A stretch of DNA of 64,000 nucleotides from assembly GCA_965285935.1 (NCBI GenBank), contig OZ260665.1, positions 21,328,001 through 21,392,000 of the forward strand. The letters run 5' to 3'. Position numbers and translations under genes: made by a program. The DNA comes from Ophelia neglecta (lineage: Eukaryota). The notes under the pieces are model-generated. The model worked only from the letters and a program-made list of their open reading frames with translations, was not told the DNA's origin and made no database searches. Below are positions 38,001 through 52,299 of the stretch, in pieces. Position 1 is the stretch's first letter, and each line of letters starts with the position of its first letter.

Positions 38001-40306
38001 ATTTCGAACAACCCTTACCTGAACTTGCCAACTTAAGCTACTTACATTTTAATGGTTTATTTAATTGCAAATTAGTTCAAGGTTATTAATGTTCATGGAG
38101 TATTGCAGCATATCTCGCGCTGGTCTTATTGCCAATTCAACAATTCATGGTTAGGTTAGAAAGCTTTCATAATAAATTGAGCAGGTTACACACCGACAGA
38201 AGTTTGCGTGCAAATGCCAACGATATATAGACCTTAAAAGCTTAGATTATCAGCTATCATGTGTTAAAATATGAACATGAGATTGCCCAAGGACACCCTG
38301 GCTGATACACAAAGCCGACAAGTCCTGTATTATAGCTAGTCCCTTGACAGAAAAGTAGATCGGGAAATTTAGCACACACACGATTAACACGATCCGCATA
38401 ACATGAAAAAGAAGACGCATAAACCAAGACTGACATGTCCCATTCTCGGCTTAAACGCTGCCCTTGAGGGCGATAATACCAAAAATCCAATGTTCAGTCT
38501 CGTCTGCTTGGAGATTGTATCGTTTAGATAATAAGCAGATGTTTTTTTTATCCTCATGAAATTCAGTAGTATCGGCATTTGGGAAATCCGAACTTTCCTA
38601 ACATTGTAAAATCGTAAATCTATAAATTCAACACAAGCAATAACTTAACTCTCCCACAGAGGCGCTGTAACCTAAAACTTAACATTACAACAGTAGACAC
38701 TATAAACTCTTATTTGAGTGGAATGATGGGCGGATAAAAGGAATTAGGCAGCCTAATTGACTTTGGCATGCCACTGTAGATAGTTTAGGTAATTTTAAAG
38801 GCCATATATTAATGTTTTATGCAACGTGCAAAGTGTTAGTGTAAGGGATGGCAGTTTATTACACAGTATTTATAAACAATTTTTTTTATAAAAAGCCATG
38901 CATGATGTGTTAAAGCCGAGGTGAATGTCTTGTCAATTCCTTTTATATGCCTGCTATTATCTGAAAAAATTATGACGTCCATATCACTTTATCTGAACCA
39001 CATGTGTGGTACCCTTTTCGGTACCCATATTAAAGTGACCTAGGCGATCACACTGTTACATGAGAGCAGCACGGAATATTAGTGTAAGTTCTGTCCAGTT
39101 CCATGGCATTGATAACACTGACAGCAATTGATCGATTAGTGATTGCAAATTCACACTTTAATAGTTAAGCAGTAATATATTCTACGTAGGGCAAGTATTG
39201 ATTTTCTTCATTCTGTTTTTCGACACTGCAATTTAGCATAATGGAAATAGCGATTGTATACATTCAATCATTCAAACTATGACTTGTTTGTCTGGTCAGA
39301 ATAAAGGAAGTTCGATTATTTTACTTAAATATATATTCATAAAAACCTTGCTCTTCTTTTGCAAATATAAAGACCGTATTTATTAAGTCAAGCCGGATTG
39401 TGTCAATGCTTATTTTTTGTCGTTACTAGTACAAATGGAAAACCGGGTCTTTGCAAGCAAAGCTATGCCTTTCAAAATATTTTAATATATCATGAAGAGC
39501 ATTCGTGGTGCAATTATGTTCACAACCAACTATACATCCTCCACGCCTTACCCAATTATATTGTTTGTAAATAAAATTGAGCATTGTTCACATAAATGGT
39601 CTGAAAAAGGAATTTTATTCAAACGTTGTTGCCCTTCCTTAAAGGGTCCATTCCCCTTCCTAGCCTAGGTGTTTCCAGTGCATAGAATAGCATTTTATTT
39701 TTTCCGCTGCAAAATTATTTCTTTTCGAGGTAATACTTCAACCACGCCCATAACATAATTCAACGGACTAAGTCTTTGAACAAATTATAATTAACCCGGT
39801 CTATCGGAGTAAACTTTTTTTATAAGTATAACATGAATTCACCTTATGGGCAGCATAAGCATCGAAAAACACTGTGATCGCATCTGGTATATACAATTAT
39901 ACATGAACATGTACATTTAAGAAGACAGCAGACGCCGAAAACACATAATCTTCTCCATAACTCTGACACTGATACCATACTGTCAGTTCTGATTGATTTG
40001 CAATTAGACAAGATTCCTCTGATATAGGTTTCATAAAAAAGTGACTACCTCAGCGAAAAAAAAAGTATGTTTTTTTTTCTCCCAACGTCTTGTGTTAAAA
40101 CTATTAGCCATTTGTAACAGCAAATACCAATGAAGTCAAATTGTCAAGACATCGTTACATGGATTGCAATAGTAGTAAAACATAGTGTGGAATATTTAAT
40201 ATGACCTGATGTAGAAATATATTGAATGGTGCGCTTTCACCCTTATGTCACGGATTGTCATATCTGATTAGAAAGATGGGCAATCTTTCAATTTAATTTG
40301 GATATA

Positions 40307-40479
40307 CAGGAAAATCCCTCTAATCAGGTCAGTCAAGCGACTGGAAAACCTGACTACATTATGGAGTGACTTTAATAGGCAGATCTGTTAACACAGACAC
40401 GGGGATTAGTCTATTATATTGTGACCTTAGAGTGTAGGTGACCTTATTACACAGTTGACTTCAAACACAGGTTTCACTG
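40307..40479. mobile_element. Related MITE, 173 bp, left TIR degenerate
   Basis: TA-caggaaaatcc...acaggtttcactg-TA; the right end matches that of the 34852-35029 element. Confidence 0.7.
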
Positions 40480-43400
40480 TATGATAATTATTGTCATGAG
40501 ACTAGGCGTTGATGTTCGTGGACCCACAGATCCTGACTATTTCACGCCTGTTCGATAGAATGTTCTTGACTTACGATAACGGTTAGTATGTCGAGTATCC
40601 AATCCTGCTTTTCCTTTTTTTTATGAATTTCAGGAATGAAATTATCCAGTGCTATATGGATTTCATACTATCAGGGGATTGAAATTTTGCCATAGGTGTA
40701 TATCGAGGCATTGTATTGGGATTGTGTGTCTGCAGCTGCTGCTCGCTCTTGCTGGCATTGACCTGATTTAATGGATAATTCCTGATTATGTATGAGATAG
40801 TCCGCTGTGTATCAAGCTCCTGGATTTTAACGGCTGCAGGTGACAACAAATAATCAATTATGGCTGCTTTTTAAACATTAGTTAAAAAAAAGACAAGTAT
40901 TTTCATTCCGCCCAATAAATACCTAGCGATGTGTGCTAAATGATATTGGTATTTTATCTAATCTTCGGATATAATATTTCTTTCAAGTGAATGACTTTAC
41001 TTAAACGAATGGAAATTATTATGATAATATATCAAAGTTATTATGTTAATGTAACTTTATTATTATTATGATAATATATCAAAGTTCTGGTGGCACATTT
41101 ATCATTTCACAAATAGGTCTTTGGCTTCCTATATGTCATCGGCAACCGAGAGATTTTCAATCACTGATATTTCATCCAAATCTCATTATATGAGCATCGC
41201 TGGTGATGTCGCATGTTCTTCAATTGTATAAAACCCTATCTATCATTAGTGACACACTCCGGCTAAAAAAAATAAATTAATAAGAAATGATTTGCATGAA
41301 CACATATAACTTCTTCTTACAAATCAAAGAGGATATCCATTTATCACACAGTGATTAGTTGTACCGAAACATTAGAACATAAATTGCTTAATCAGATCAG
41401 GATTTCATCTCAGATTGCACGCATTAAGAAAGAGGCCTTGCCTTTAGATAAGGAGACCAATGTAATGTGTTTCTAGTGATATATTTATAACATTCATGAA
41501 ACTCACATGTGGGAAGAGCACACGTGTTATAATAACAACCAAGTAATCTGTAAGAGATAATATTGATTTTACAGTAAATCTCCAGGAATTAACATGTGTT
41601 AAGCTTAATAACCATGGCGACTCATATCCTCCAAGTGCGGCTACCCAGTGATGTACTGACAGCAATTGGTATGTTTCGCAGAACATTCAGTATAACAGAT
41701 GACATTTGGAATATTTTAGTTTCGAAATATGTTTAAAGGACAGGTATATTAAATTCAATGAGATCCCCTGGGTGACAACTTCCTCAAAATAAAAATAAAA
41801 CGACTGGAACGTAAAAAAAAACAATAACATCAAAATTTTAACAATATAAACATAAGCTCTCAATGATCTTACAATTGTGCTAGGCCTCCTCTTGGTGTTC
41901 AAGTATTCATATATATTTGAAAAAAATATATGAACACACATACAATATCTAGTCAGGTATGCGATTCCTTGGCATTTGCTATTTGTAAATGCTAAGTGGC
42001 TTCTAGACACCACATAGGCATGAATTTCTAAGTACAATCACTCTGGAATATAACGCCTGAGTTACACCGGTATGCATATGCATTGGAGTACTTTGGCATT
42101 TCATTTACCTTTCGACCTACAAAGAAGGGGCTTCGACAAGACATTAACCTTTGTCGACAAGTCGTCAACAAGCTTCGACAAGACCCTCTAATATCATGTT
42201 AATGACAGAACTGGCTTAATGTCACCACCTTTATAAATAAATTTTCTGAAAACGAAGGATGTCACAGCTCACCACAGCCACAGCTCACCCGGTATCTCTG
42301 ACCGATGTAAGTGATTGATGATTTTGCCTTTCCCATTCTATAACTTTTTATGCGTTCTTTCTAATCAGCCTGATTAAAAGCACGTGATCAACGCATATAT
42401 TCAGTCCCTCTTAAAGTTTATTTATACTTATAAAAGGAGAATGAACTATTTATCTCGCCAAGTTGCCTACTGCTCCGGTATTAGAGTAAATTTATACCTG
42501 AGTAAAGTCGAAATGCCAGACTATTTACATATTGCGCTTTATTCTTCGTTTAAGTGACAGCTCATCGAGCAATTATAACAAAAATTGCCAAAATATTTAC
42601 CTATGATACAAAACAGCACACGCTAGGTTGCAAGTGAATGATAGGCGTGTTTGTGCAACTCGTTCTGCTGTCGGCACATCATTTTTTGAATCGTGTTTTC
42701 TGAATACGATGTACTTTTAATGATAGCCAATAAACCCATCATGTGTGTACTATGTTATGAGTCTGGTACATTAGTTTTATTTTGAGCGAAGGGGATCCGT
42801 TCCGGGCTTTTAAGGGTGAATGTTTATTTGATGGCATGTTTATTTGTCGATAGTCGACAGTAGATAAGATAACTTAAATAAAATGCTTATTTTCAACAGC
42901 AATCAGACATGATTTCAATTCATTTGTAATATATATGATCATGTAGGACGATTAGGAAAAGGGGTATAACTTGGATTTGTAAAAACGGCTTTTTTCTGCA
43001 TGTCCCGTATATTATCGATTCGACAGCCTCTCACACCATCACTGTATCCTCCATACCGCCGGTGCTTGATATGGTAATCAGCGATTTGTCGCTGACCCGA
43101 GGCTACCTTCAGGCGATTCATATTGCTCGTCCTGATAACCGAGGGAACTTGGGTGATAAGTCCGTTGGGGAAAGTCATTTCAACTTTGCAGTAGCTCATC
43201 ATATTTGTGAGTATCATCCGGGAAATGACCCAAAGGCACATCAGTTCCAATAAAAAACATATATTTTACAAGGATCAACCATTTGTTTAGTCCATTTAGA
43301 TAATAAAAAACACCATAGTCATCACCCGGGAAAAAAACGTGCTCTTAATTATGGCGTAAGTTGCCTATAGGGGCTCCGAGGTAGTGTGGCAATTGTGTTG

Positions 43401-43498
43401 AAGTGCAGGCACAGTGCTTTCCTTATTGTTTTATTGTCAGGTTGTTAATAGCAATTACTTAAGCAAACTATTAGTAAATTGATTCAGTGAAGAAAACA

Positions 43499-43770
43499 GC
43501 GTGTGCTTACTGGCCGCGTGCAGAAAGCGTGTGCCTACTAGCCGCGTGAAGGAAGCGTGTGCTTACTGGCTGCGTGAAGAAAGCGTGTGCTTACCAGCCG
43601 CGTGAAGAAAGCGTGTGCTTACCAGCCGCGTGAAGAAAGCGTGTGCTTACTAGCCGCGTGAAGACAGCGTGTGCTTACCAGCGGCGTGAAGAAAGCGTGT
43701 GCTCACTGGCCGCCTGAAGAAAGCGTGTGCTTACTGGCCGCGTGAAGAAAGCGTGAGCTTACTGGCCGCG
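43499..43770. repeat. 28-bp CpG-rich minisatellite, about 9.7 copies
   Basis: gcgtgtgcttac(t/c)(g/a)gccgcgtgaagaaa every 28 nt from 43499 to 43751, without spacers. Confidence 0.97.
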
Positions 43771-46700
43771 CAGCTAGTAGCATATTCAGAGCTGACTTTC
43801 AAGACGCCAGTGAGATTGATGGACTAGAAACCTTCAAAGTGGTGTACCCGAATAATTATATTTCCCTGTTTCAAGTTCTTAAAACGGTGTTAAATTTCCA
43901 TGTAACATTTGACGTATATTATAGAAGAAAGTTTCTCCTCATTCAACTCATATTTGAAATAACAATAAACATACCCTTTAATTCATGACATATTATGCAA
44001 CATTTTGACCTTTATATAAGCTATGAAGCTTTACAGTCTGGTATCTCTCTTAGAATTCTACCTGAGCAATAATAACAGTGAGGGCAAATATTATCCTATA
44101 ATGTTGCCATATAGTGCATCCTTTAACTAGTGATTTTTGAGACATGAAAGATCATAATCCGTCTAACAATCTCATTCTCAGCTCGGTTTTTTTTAGCTAT
44201 ATCTTGTTTCAACCTATGTTTCATTGTTTTGTGTTTTGGCGCACACATTGGATTATTTTTGATATATATATTCTTTACTTCATGCAGACATGACAACAGT
44301 CAGTTCCTTATGACAAGCTTTTGTGATTAAGGAACTTCCGATTGCTCTTGCTTGGTGATTGAGAATATTAAGGGCCCATCCTGCGGAGACCTCATGAACC
44401 CACCATTGACAACAACACGGTAGGACCCAAATGTAGGTTTATTCAGTGTTGCTACTAAGTGATACAAGGCTACTTCCCAAGTCACTGCCATTCTAAAGGC
44501 ATTTGTTTGAATCATGGGATACGAATTCGTATTCTCCCTGACACTCCTTGACTTTGATTTCCTTGGATTTATTTAGAGAGTTCAAATAATCTACTGCAGC
44601 GGTCTGTTATTTTCTTGCTATAGAGATTTCTGAGACTATTGTGTAAATTCAAACGTCTTATTCTTGGACCATCAGCAGCACTATGCTCTATGGGTCACGT
44701 ATAGGATCAGATGTGAATGTTGTATTCAAGAAGCGGTTTGTACTATATTTCAGACTACGCGTATCATATTCCCCGAGGCATTTTCATCGAGAACATGAGA
44801 AAACTTAACCGGGGTATTAAAACCACCCGTTGTGCCTGTCTAATAAAACGGAACAGGTTCATTAACTGAATTATATTTAAATCGAATCTCGTATTGTCTA
44901 TTCAGGGTAACAGGGAAACTCACGATCATACTCCCTATTTCAAAACATGTCCAGGTTCCTGATAAATAGATAAAGCATAGATAGTTTAGTGAAACAAAGC
45001 GCCATTTTAATGTATTGCTTTACAACCTATACAATATCCCAGGATTCATCGGAGCTTCAGTATATTAAATCACTGTAAATTCGAAATTTGCTGCTTCAGT
45101 GAACAACTTAAAATTTTCTGAATAACTCCAGATTAGCCTATATACTCCCCACTACCAATTGGGACAAACAGCCAAGCTGGGCCACGGAGGCTTACATAAA
45201 TGAGATGACCACGCGCCAAGTTCCCCCTGGAAGCCTCATTAGTGTATATTAGCGCAGAGGTGCTTAGCTGACAATCCAGCAGCGAGCTGGCCTACTGCCG
45301 AACTCGTCTTGGCCCTCGAATCCCCCACAGCAGCAAAGAAGCGCGAGGCTAACCAGCGTTAGTATGCTACATAATATAATTTGGCTTTTTCCTAGCGCCT
45401 ATATTGCGCCAGATATTGCAGTATTTAAAGCAATAACTAGACCATTGTCTCTTATTAAGCTTCAGATTTACCAAAAGCTGTGTAGTTATATTTCTCCTTA
45501 TAATTACTTCATTGGTAGTCGGACCAATCCACATCACCGCTTACGACGTAAATATAATCACGTCAGAGAGACCATATAGAAAGCTGTAGAATCGCCAAAG
45601 CTACTATTATATAGCGTAAAGACTGCATTTATATGTTCAAATCCAACTCATTCTCCTTAAATTATAGTCACTTATACTACACTGTCAAGTACAGCTTAAG
45701 GAAAGTGAACATGGAACTATTTGATACAGTTGAAAAAAGCAAGACTTATATGTTTCTTTCAATGAAACGCAGGCCATAGTTTTTGTATAGAGTAAATGCA
45801 CGTTCTTGAACACATTGTGAATTTCCCCTGAAATCAAGACTTTTTCTAACATGGTGTGGCCTGCGAAGCCACTCTGGCCTCTATTTAAATTATACCAAGC
45901 CTCGTGCTTCCTGTGATATATTCATACCACATGTGAGATATGCGGGAGTGATAAGGCAGCAATCCACTACGTGAGATAATGTCGAATATCCTGCAAATTA
46001 GCCTCGGCCCAGCTTGATAACTTTGCCACTCTTTTAATTAACAACCAGGTTGCGATGAACACTTTGTGACGAGTACATGGTGTGACGAGTACATCAAAAT
46101 GATCTAAATGAAATTTAGATAATTCCCTTTACACAGATTCACTGCACCGATAGACATTAACCGTTCCTAAGCGCCGCACTAATTTTACTGACAACATGAT
46201 CACGTGAAACAATGCATCTCGTAGCCGTCTGATATTTTTTTGCAATGAGCATACACTGTCCTAAGATCAGCCACCAAGACCTGACATAGCCTCTGCTTGT
46301 ATCCCCTTTTTGCTGTGGGTCCTTGAAAATAAATGCAGAGCTATAATGTTTTAAGGAATAACAAAGTTACTACGTTCGCCTCATTATCTACGAAGATTAA
46401 CTTTAAGACATAGACGCCACGATATGATATTCATTTAAAACCTTTGAACATCAAGTCCATGGGCTCACACTGTTCGCGGGAAACCATTGTTTGAACAGCA
46501 CCAGGTGGGTTTATTTACTCGCAGTTGTGAAAAGTATCATGCGTGTTTGTCTCCGCAGGCGTCAAATCAAATTGCTTCATACCTTCGCCGTACATGCCAA
46601 GAATAACATGTACCAAAGAAGCCTGCCTGACAACTTCGGCTTCACAGTCATAAGCCCGCTCTTTGTTTCTCTTTCTGCTCGAAGCAGAGGGATTTGTATA

Positions 46701-46899
46701 CCAGGTTTTTCAGCAGCTGTGGATTGTATGTCCTGCAAGCTTGGCACTAGGTGCATGGAGGATAATCCCATTTATAATATTTAAAATATGCATGTATTTC
46801 TTATAGATTAAAAGGACATCTCATGTCTTATTAATGTCTCCTTATGTCCCAATATAAGTGATACCCAGTTTATGTTTTCGTTAACTATTCTTTGCCTTA

Positions 46900-47040
46900 A
46901 AAGTTTATTTACTTATTGGGAGCTGAAGATCAATTTATTGATGTGTCTGAGGCTGTGGCAGCTGGTTCCTGATGATTTCGGGCCGATTAAACTGACTGCC
47001 CTCAATTAACGATTCGGCTTGTGTGCCGGGTATCCACTTA
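46900..47040 (+). repeat. Dispersed repeat family X, copy C
   Basis: gggagctg...attgatgtgtctgaggctgtggcagctggttcctgatgatttcgggccgattaa...ttgtgtgccgggtatccact. Confidence 0.78.
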
Positions 47041-48039
47041 CGTTATTAGTTAGAAAGATGTATAAATGTATATAGACATATTCAAACTCAGGCAGTCTCA
47101 GCCAAAGTTGGATAAGTACTGTAAAGGTCACCAAAGTGTTGAAAAAAGATACGCGCCCGACAACATGCGATAGATTCAAATTACTATTGGGTAAGTTATT
47201 TTCGGGTAAGTTACATTTGATAGATTTAAATTACTATTGAGTAAGATATTTGTTTCAGAATGCATACTATAATATTACTCACGGGCTTAGCAATAGGTTT
47301 CACAAATACGTTTAGTGTCATTGGTTATCGCAACTCAAAATAATTGTTCTTGCTTCTACCGGGAACAACATCGCCAGACTGCCTTGTCACCTAGCATGCG
47401 TCCGTTGAACCATCGGATTTTGTATAAAATGGTAAGCTGTGTCCATAACTACACCCGGTGTCTGCCCTTGGCATAGTCGGCAGGTGTGTTGATATTACAA
47501 TTTTTCTGCTGGCAGTGCTCTATCTGCATGCACCTTCAGGCCTGATCCCGCCTAGCTAATTCTACACATCGAAGGTATGATATTCGTACTTCAGGCCTAT
47601 GGGATAAGCTACCCAAGCACTAGAATCTTATAAATCATTCCACCTGGCAAAAAAAAGTACAGAAATTTCACATTTCTTGCACATTTCAATACAACTTATA
47701 ATCATTAAACGAGTTTTGCCTTTAACTTTTTGCATTTATTCACCGTACTCACACTTTTGTATATTCCAATTATTTAGATTCGATAGTCCTTGGAAACATT
47801 TACTTCTCAGGACATTTCAATTTATTGAATCAGTTGTGTAACATCCACTGCCACATAAATGCTACATATACTTGCTATTTAACATGTAAATTCCCCTAAT
47901 TGAAAGAAAACCCACTGATATATCTTCGCATTTTATATTGTGGGCTATACATGTCGATATGAACGTAATGCGTGTTTTAACTCGTTGATTAGCACTCTGT
48001 GATTGGATCGGAATTAGCTTAAGACTATTCATTTAATAA

Positions 48040-48250
48040 ACTGACTATTCCGGAATGTAATATACTGACCATTTCTGAATGTAAATACCGACCATTCCCG
48101 AATGTTATATAATTACTATTCCGGAATGTAATTAACTGCCCTTCCTGAAAGTAATTTGATGACTATTCGGTAATGTTATATACTGACTATTCGGAATGTA
48201 ACATACTGACTATTCCTGAATTTATTATACTGCCATTTCCTGAATGTGAT
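48040..48250. repeat. About 24-bp minisatellite, about 9 copies, with palindromic core attccggaat
   Basis: actgactattccggaatgtaatat and variants in tandem. Confidence 0.9.
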
Positions 48251-48450
48251 GAACAGTATGGCTTTTCTAGATTTTGTTCAGACCTGGAGCATTCTTCAAG
48301 GACGTTAAGTCTGCCTTGTGCTGATATAACAAACAGAGTTTTGTAGTCCCTCTAGATTGGTGAATGTGCCTACTAGAGAGGAGATGAAAACAAGTAATGG
48401 CCCATCATATGGCCGTTCAGATGAGAGTAAAAACCACCAACTTCTATCCT

Positions 48451-48650
48451 TAGTGTTTGATAACCTGGAGTCAGTCTGATTTCCCTGACAAGGGTATCCG
48501 GCTTCCTGTCGAGCACTTCCTTATTTTCGTTATATAGATGAAAGTGCAAATCAGTTTTCTGTAGGTAAATACCTAGTGTTTGATATCCTCGAGCTTGTCT
48601 GATTTTCCTGATGTGCGCAGGCTTCCTCTCGACTACTTCCTTGCTTTCGA
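48451..48650. repeat. Local duplication, 123-bp period
   Basis: tagtgtttgata.cct.gag...gtctgattt.cctga...ggcttcct.tcga..acttcctt at 48451 and 48574. Confidence 0.8.
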
Positions 48651-49435
48651 CTATCTCTGAAACATCAAACACTGCAGGAAAGAAACACCGACTTCGTTCA
48701 TTGTACTTTGCACATCAATATCTGTCTATTGTATCAAAGGTCCATGCTATAGTGAAATCACCCTTTCGACACAAGGAATAAAATAAATAAAAAACTAACA
48801 AGGCGCAATCGAGCATTTTGTTTCCGGACAGGTCAGGCGGCCGTGGATTAAAATTTTGTAATTTTTAACGACTCCTTCTTAATGTCGGCATTTTCTGAAG
48901 CTCAACGACCCCTATCTTGCCTGAGAAAAATTAAGCATCCAGAAATGTGAATTACTACGAAAGAGATTTCTAGTAAACACCTAAGCACTTTCAAGCTAGT
49001 AACAACTTGTTCTATTCAACCTTAATTGATCGCATTGTTGTATTTTTTTCTTAATTTATTTTATCACCTTATCACTCGAGTTAGTCGGTTAATAATGGGG
49101 TATCACATATAACGCTAGTAAAACGGTATCTAGTAAAAAGCATTATGAATATCATCCTTTTTCATATTTGGCTTTCACATTGTATGCGGGGTCTCCACTC
49201 CCGCTATGTTTTGAGAATCTTATAGTGAGTACCTAGCTGTGTGCATTCTGCCGTTTGACTTAGTGTTGGATGTGGCTTCATGGGATATTTACTAGATTCG
49301 TCCTTAAATACGCACCATATCCACACTTTGGAAACGGCTAAAAGCATCTCAGTGCAGTTGACATTCTAAATTTCATTTATGACGCCTTCACTTTTCATTG
49401 AGAACAGGGATGGTTGGGCTTTTAAAGGGTGATAT

Positions 49436-49585
49436 GGATGGGCGGCGTTGGAGGTTTGAAGTAGGAAGCTGTTCCTCCCATAGATTAATAAGAGAGGGAC
49501 GACCGAGCTTGGGCGTGTGTGGGAGGAGAGAAACGGATGGACGGCGTCGCAGATATTAAGAAGCTGTCCTTTTCATAGATAAATA
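49436..49585. repeat. Degenerate local duplication, about 100-bp period
   Basis: ggatgg.cggcgt.g.ag...gaagctgt.c.t..catagat.aata at 49436 and 49535. Confidence 0.65.
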
Positions 49586-52299
49586 TGATCCAACACTTTT
49601 TGTGAGAAGTGATCATGCCTACTTGGGTGTGAGATGTTTAGATATTATTTTTGACCATACTGATTTAGTTAAAGTATTCTATCATAGAAGCAGGAATGAA
49701 TATTACTTTCTGTCAATCATGATTACATATAAACAACCAGGTGTCTCATTTTTATCATCGAAATTATAGTCATAAGCTCAGGAAACATGAATATTTAGTG
49801 AATACCTGCAAATAAACACTACTCAGCATATTACAAATAAGCATATGTTTTTTTTTTTCTATTTTCTGTAAAAGTTATAATTTCCATGCACTATATCATT
49901 GTCGCTCATATGGCACCGAGAGCGAGGCTCTTAGAGGTAAACGAAAAAAAGTGCTATAAGGATTAAATTCAACATTTTTAAATTCTTTATTCCGAACACG
50001 CAATAACGAAAACATGGAATGTTCAAATCCAAATTTACAAGCGTCTCTGCCTAATGGTAAAAGAGGAAGCTAGCAAATATATATATAGATAACAAACGGT
50101 TAGTTTAATACCATGGTTCAAAAAGTCAGATATGTCTGCAGGGGTTGTAGTCTTGAAGCATTAGTTCTTTAACAATACTAGTGTAATGCAACAGGGTTTA
50201 CCATCACTGGTGCATTGTATAAGAGGGAATCTGCAGGCATAACACAATTATTTTGTTAATTGAACAGACACAGCTGTTGAGTAACATTCTGGTTGCACTT
50301 TTAACACAATAAAAACTAGCTTTATATTGTTAACCTGGTAAATCACAGACGGGAAGGGTAAGGGGGGGGGGGTTAAAGCACGCAGTCCTTACAATTTCAA
50401 AACTTCATTGTCAGAAACACTCTTGTCTATTTGCTTCAACAAGTAGCTTTTATTCAAATATTCCCCTTTGAACCGCCCAGATGTACATGCCGTACATTAT
50501 TGGTGCACATTTATTCAATAATACAAATTACAGCGTTGCCCGGAAAGGACATAGTGAGATAACTTCACTAATATATATAAAATATGGTACAGGGCGAACT
50601 CCCACATATCTACAAAGATATTCTGTATGATACAATAAAAAATATGTTGTATATTATACATACCATCAGCAGAAGCAATATGCCAAAAACAACTGTCATT
50701 TTTTTTGCATAAACTAATTTTCAAACATATTTTCCAATGACACTAAACGTGACCCTGACCACAAATGTTAAAGTATGCAAATAGTCTGAAGTTGTGGTCA
50801 GATACGTATACCACTCTGTTACCATATTTCAATAGTTATCAACATGCCTGATGACGACATCATGAAAGGAAATGATAGCAATAACAGTTTACGTAACTGC
50901 ATATTATTATGCAATGGTCCTGCCTGCCTGGTGAAAGTAACTTGAATTACTTCATTGTTCCGTCAAAGGAAGAATTCGGTTAGTGTCAAAAAAATTGGCC
51001 ATAACAATCAATGTCTTACAACTTTGTTCCACTAGCAATCCGTTCCCTTCTGTTTTTATACATACTCGTGTTTATAAAAAACGCGTATCTCAGAGAGTGT
51101 GCCTGGGGTAAGAAATAAAGTTCGTCTGCTTAAAGGTGTCATCGCACTTTTTTGCCTAAAACCCATGGGAGTTTTAACACGTTTTCGTAGGAGGCACACT
51201 TGTTGATGTACCTATTTTTCATTTACAAGTAAATTAAAAATGTAATTGTTCCAATGCAATACCGAATCACCAAGTAATAGAAGTACTTCACCTGTTCAAT
51301 TATACTTTGCACTTAGTGGGACTTGCACTTATTAAAGTGCACTACAGGAGTGATGTGCGTAGCTGCTGCACTGCCGTAAGTCAACATATAATAAATACAA
51401 TCCGAAATATAGTACCTTAATGGTATTTGTGCTAGATAGTGCTGATTCATTTTAATACACAAGAGCGTGCTGGCAAGGATAGCTTCACATATTGAAAATA
51501 TACAGTTCGCGTCATCGAACACAACATAAGTATACTATTTGAGTATGCCTGTATCAGATAATAACATTCGAGTATGTCAGAACCAGGTACTCGAATTTCA
51601 TTATGCCTTTATTACGAAATTGGCCTAGGGTGTTGTTTCTATCACAGAGTAAGTGTTTCCTGCATTAAGTTATTTCACGATTTTGTTATTAATAGGTCGA
51701 AAAAAACATAGATACAGTATTAGTAATATCTCTCAAGTTAATTGTTGATTCCGTTAAGGTCTTTGTCAGTTTAGAAACTATCCTAACAAAATAATTACCC
51801 ACAGACAGTTTCTTTGCGGACACCACGGCAATGACTTGTTTGTACAAACACAACATTTGACCAGGATTTCCCAGTTTTAACTGCAAATGTTAAAGCGAGC
51901 TTAATTTTCATATAAATTGGATTCACCATTCTTTTAAGGCCATTTCAATCCAATGTTGGCCAGGTTATCACGTGATAATGAACGGTATCCAATTAATGTG
52001 AATTATTCCTAAATGATGTTGATTATTTTGAGCGAACCTGAACAACGAAATACATATTATTTTCCGAAATGTTTTATAAAATAAACAAATATGTCAGTGT
52101 GGGAAAATTCTTTATAGAGAATGGATCGTGCAATGGTCCTTCGTGGTGTCTGTATTGGTTGTAACCCTAGATTTTGCCAGTTTTAACAACTAGGTAATCC
52201 CTTTTCTGGCCTTGATTTTAGTAAATTATTTTTGTCGTCATTGGTTCAAAGTAAACATGTGTGACGTCCGTATGGTTGTAGTACAGACTGAAGCTGTGA

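Noticed and set aside
43499-43770. 28-bp array (and the 29-bp array at 11228) as CRISPR
   Set aside because: Units are head-to-tail with no unique spacers, there are no cas genes, and the context is eukaryotic
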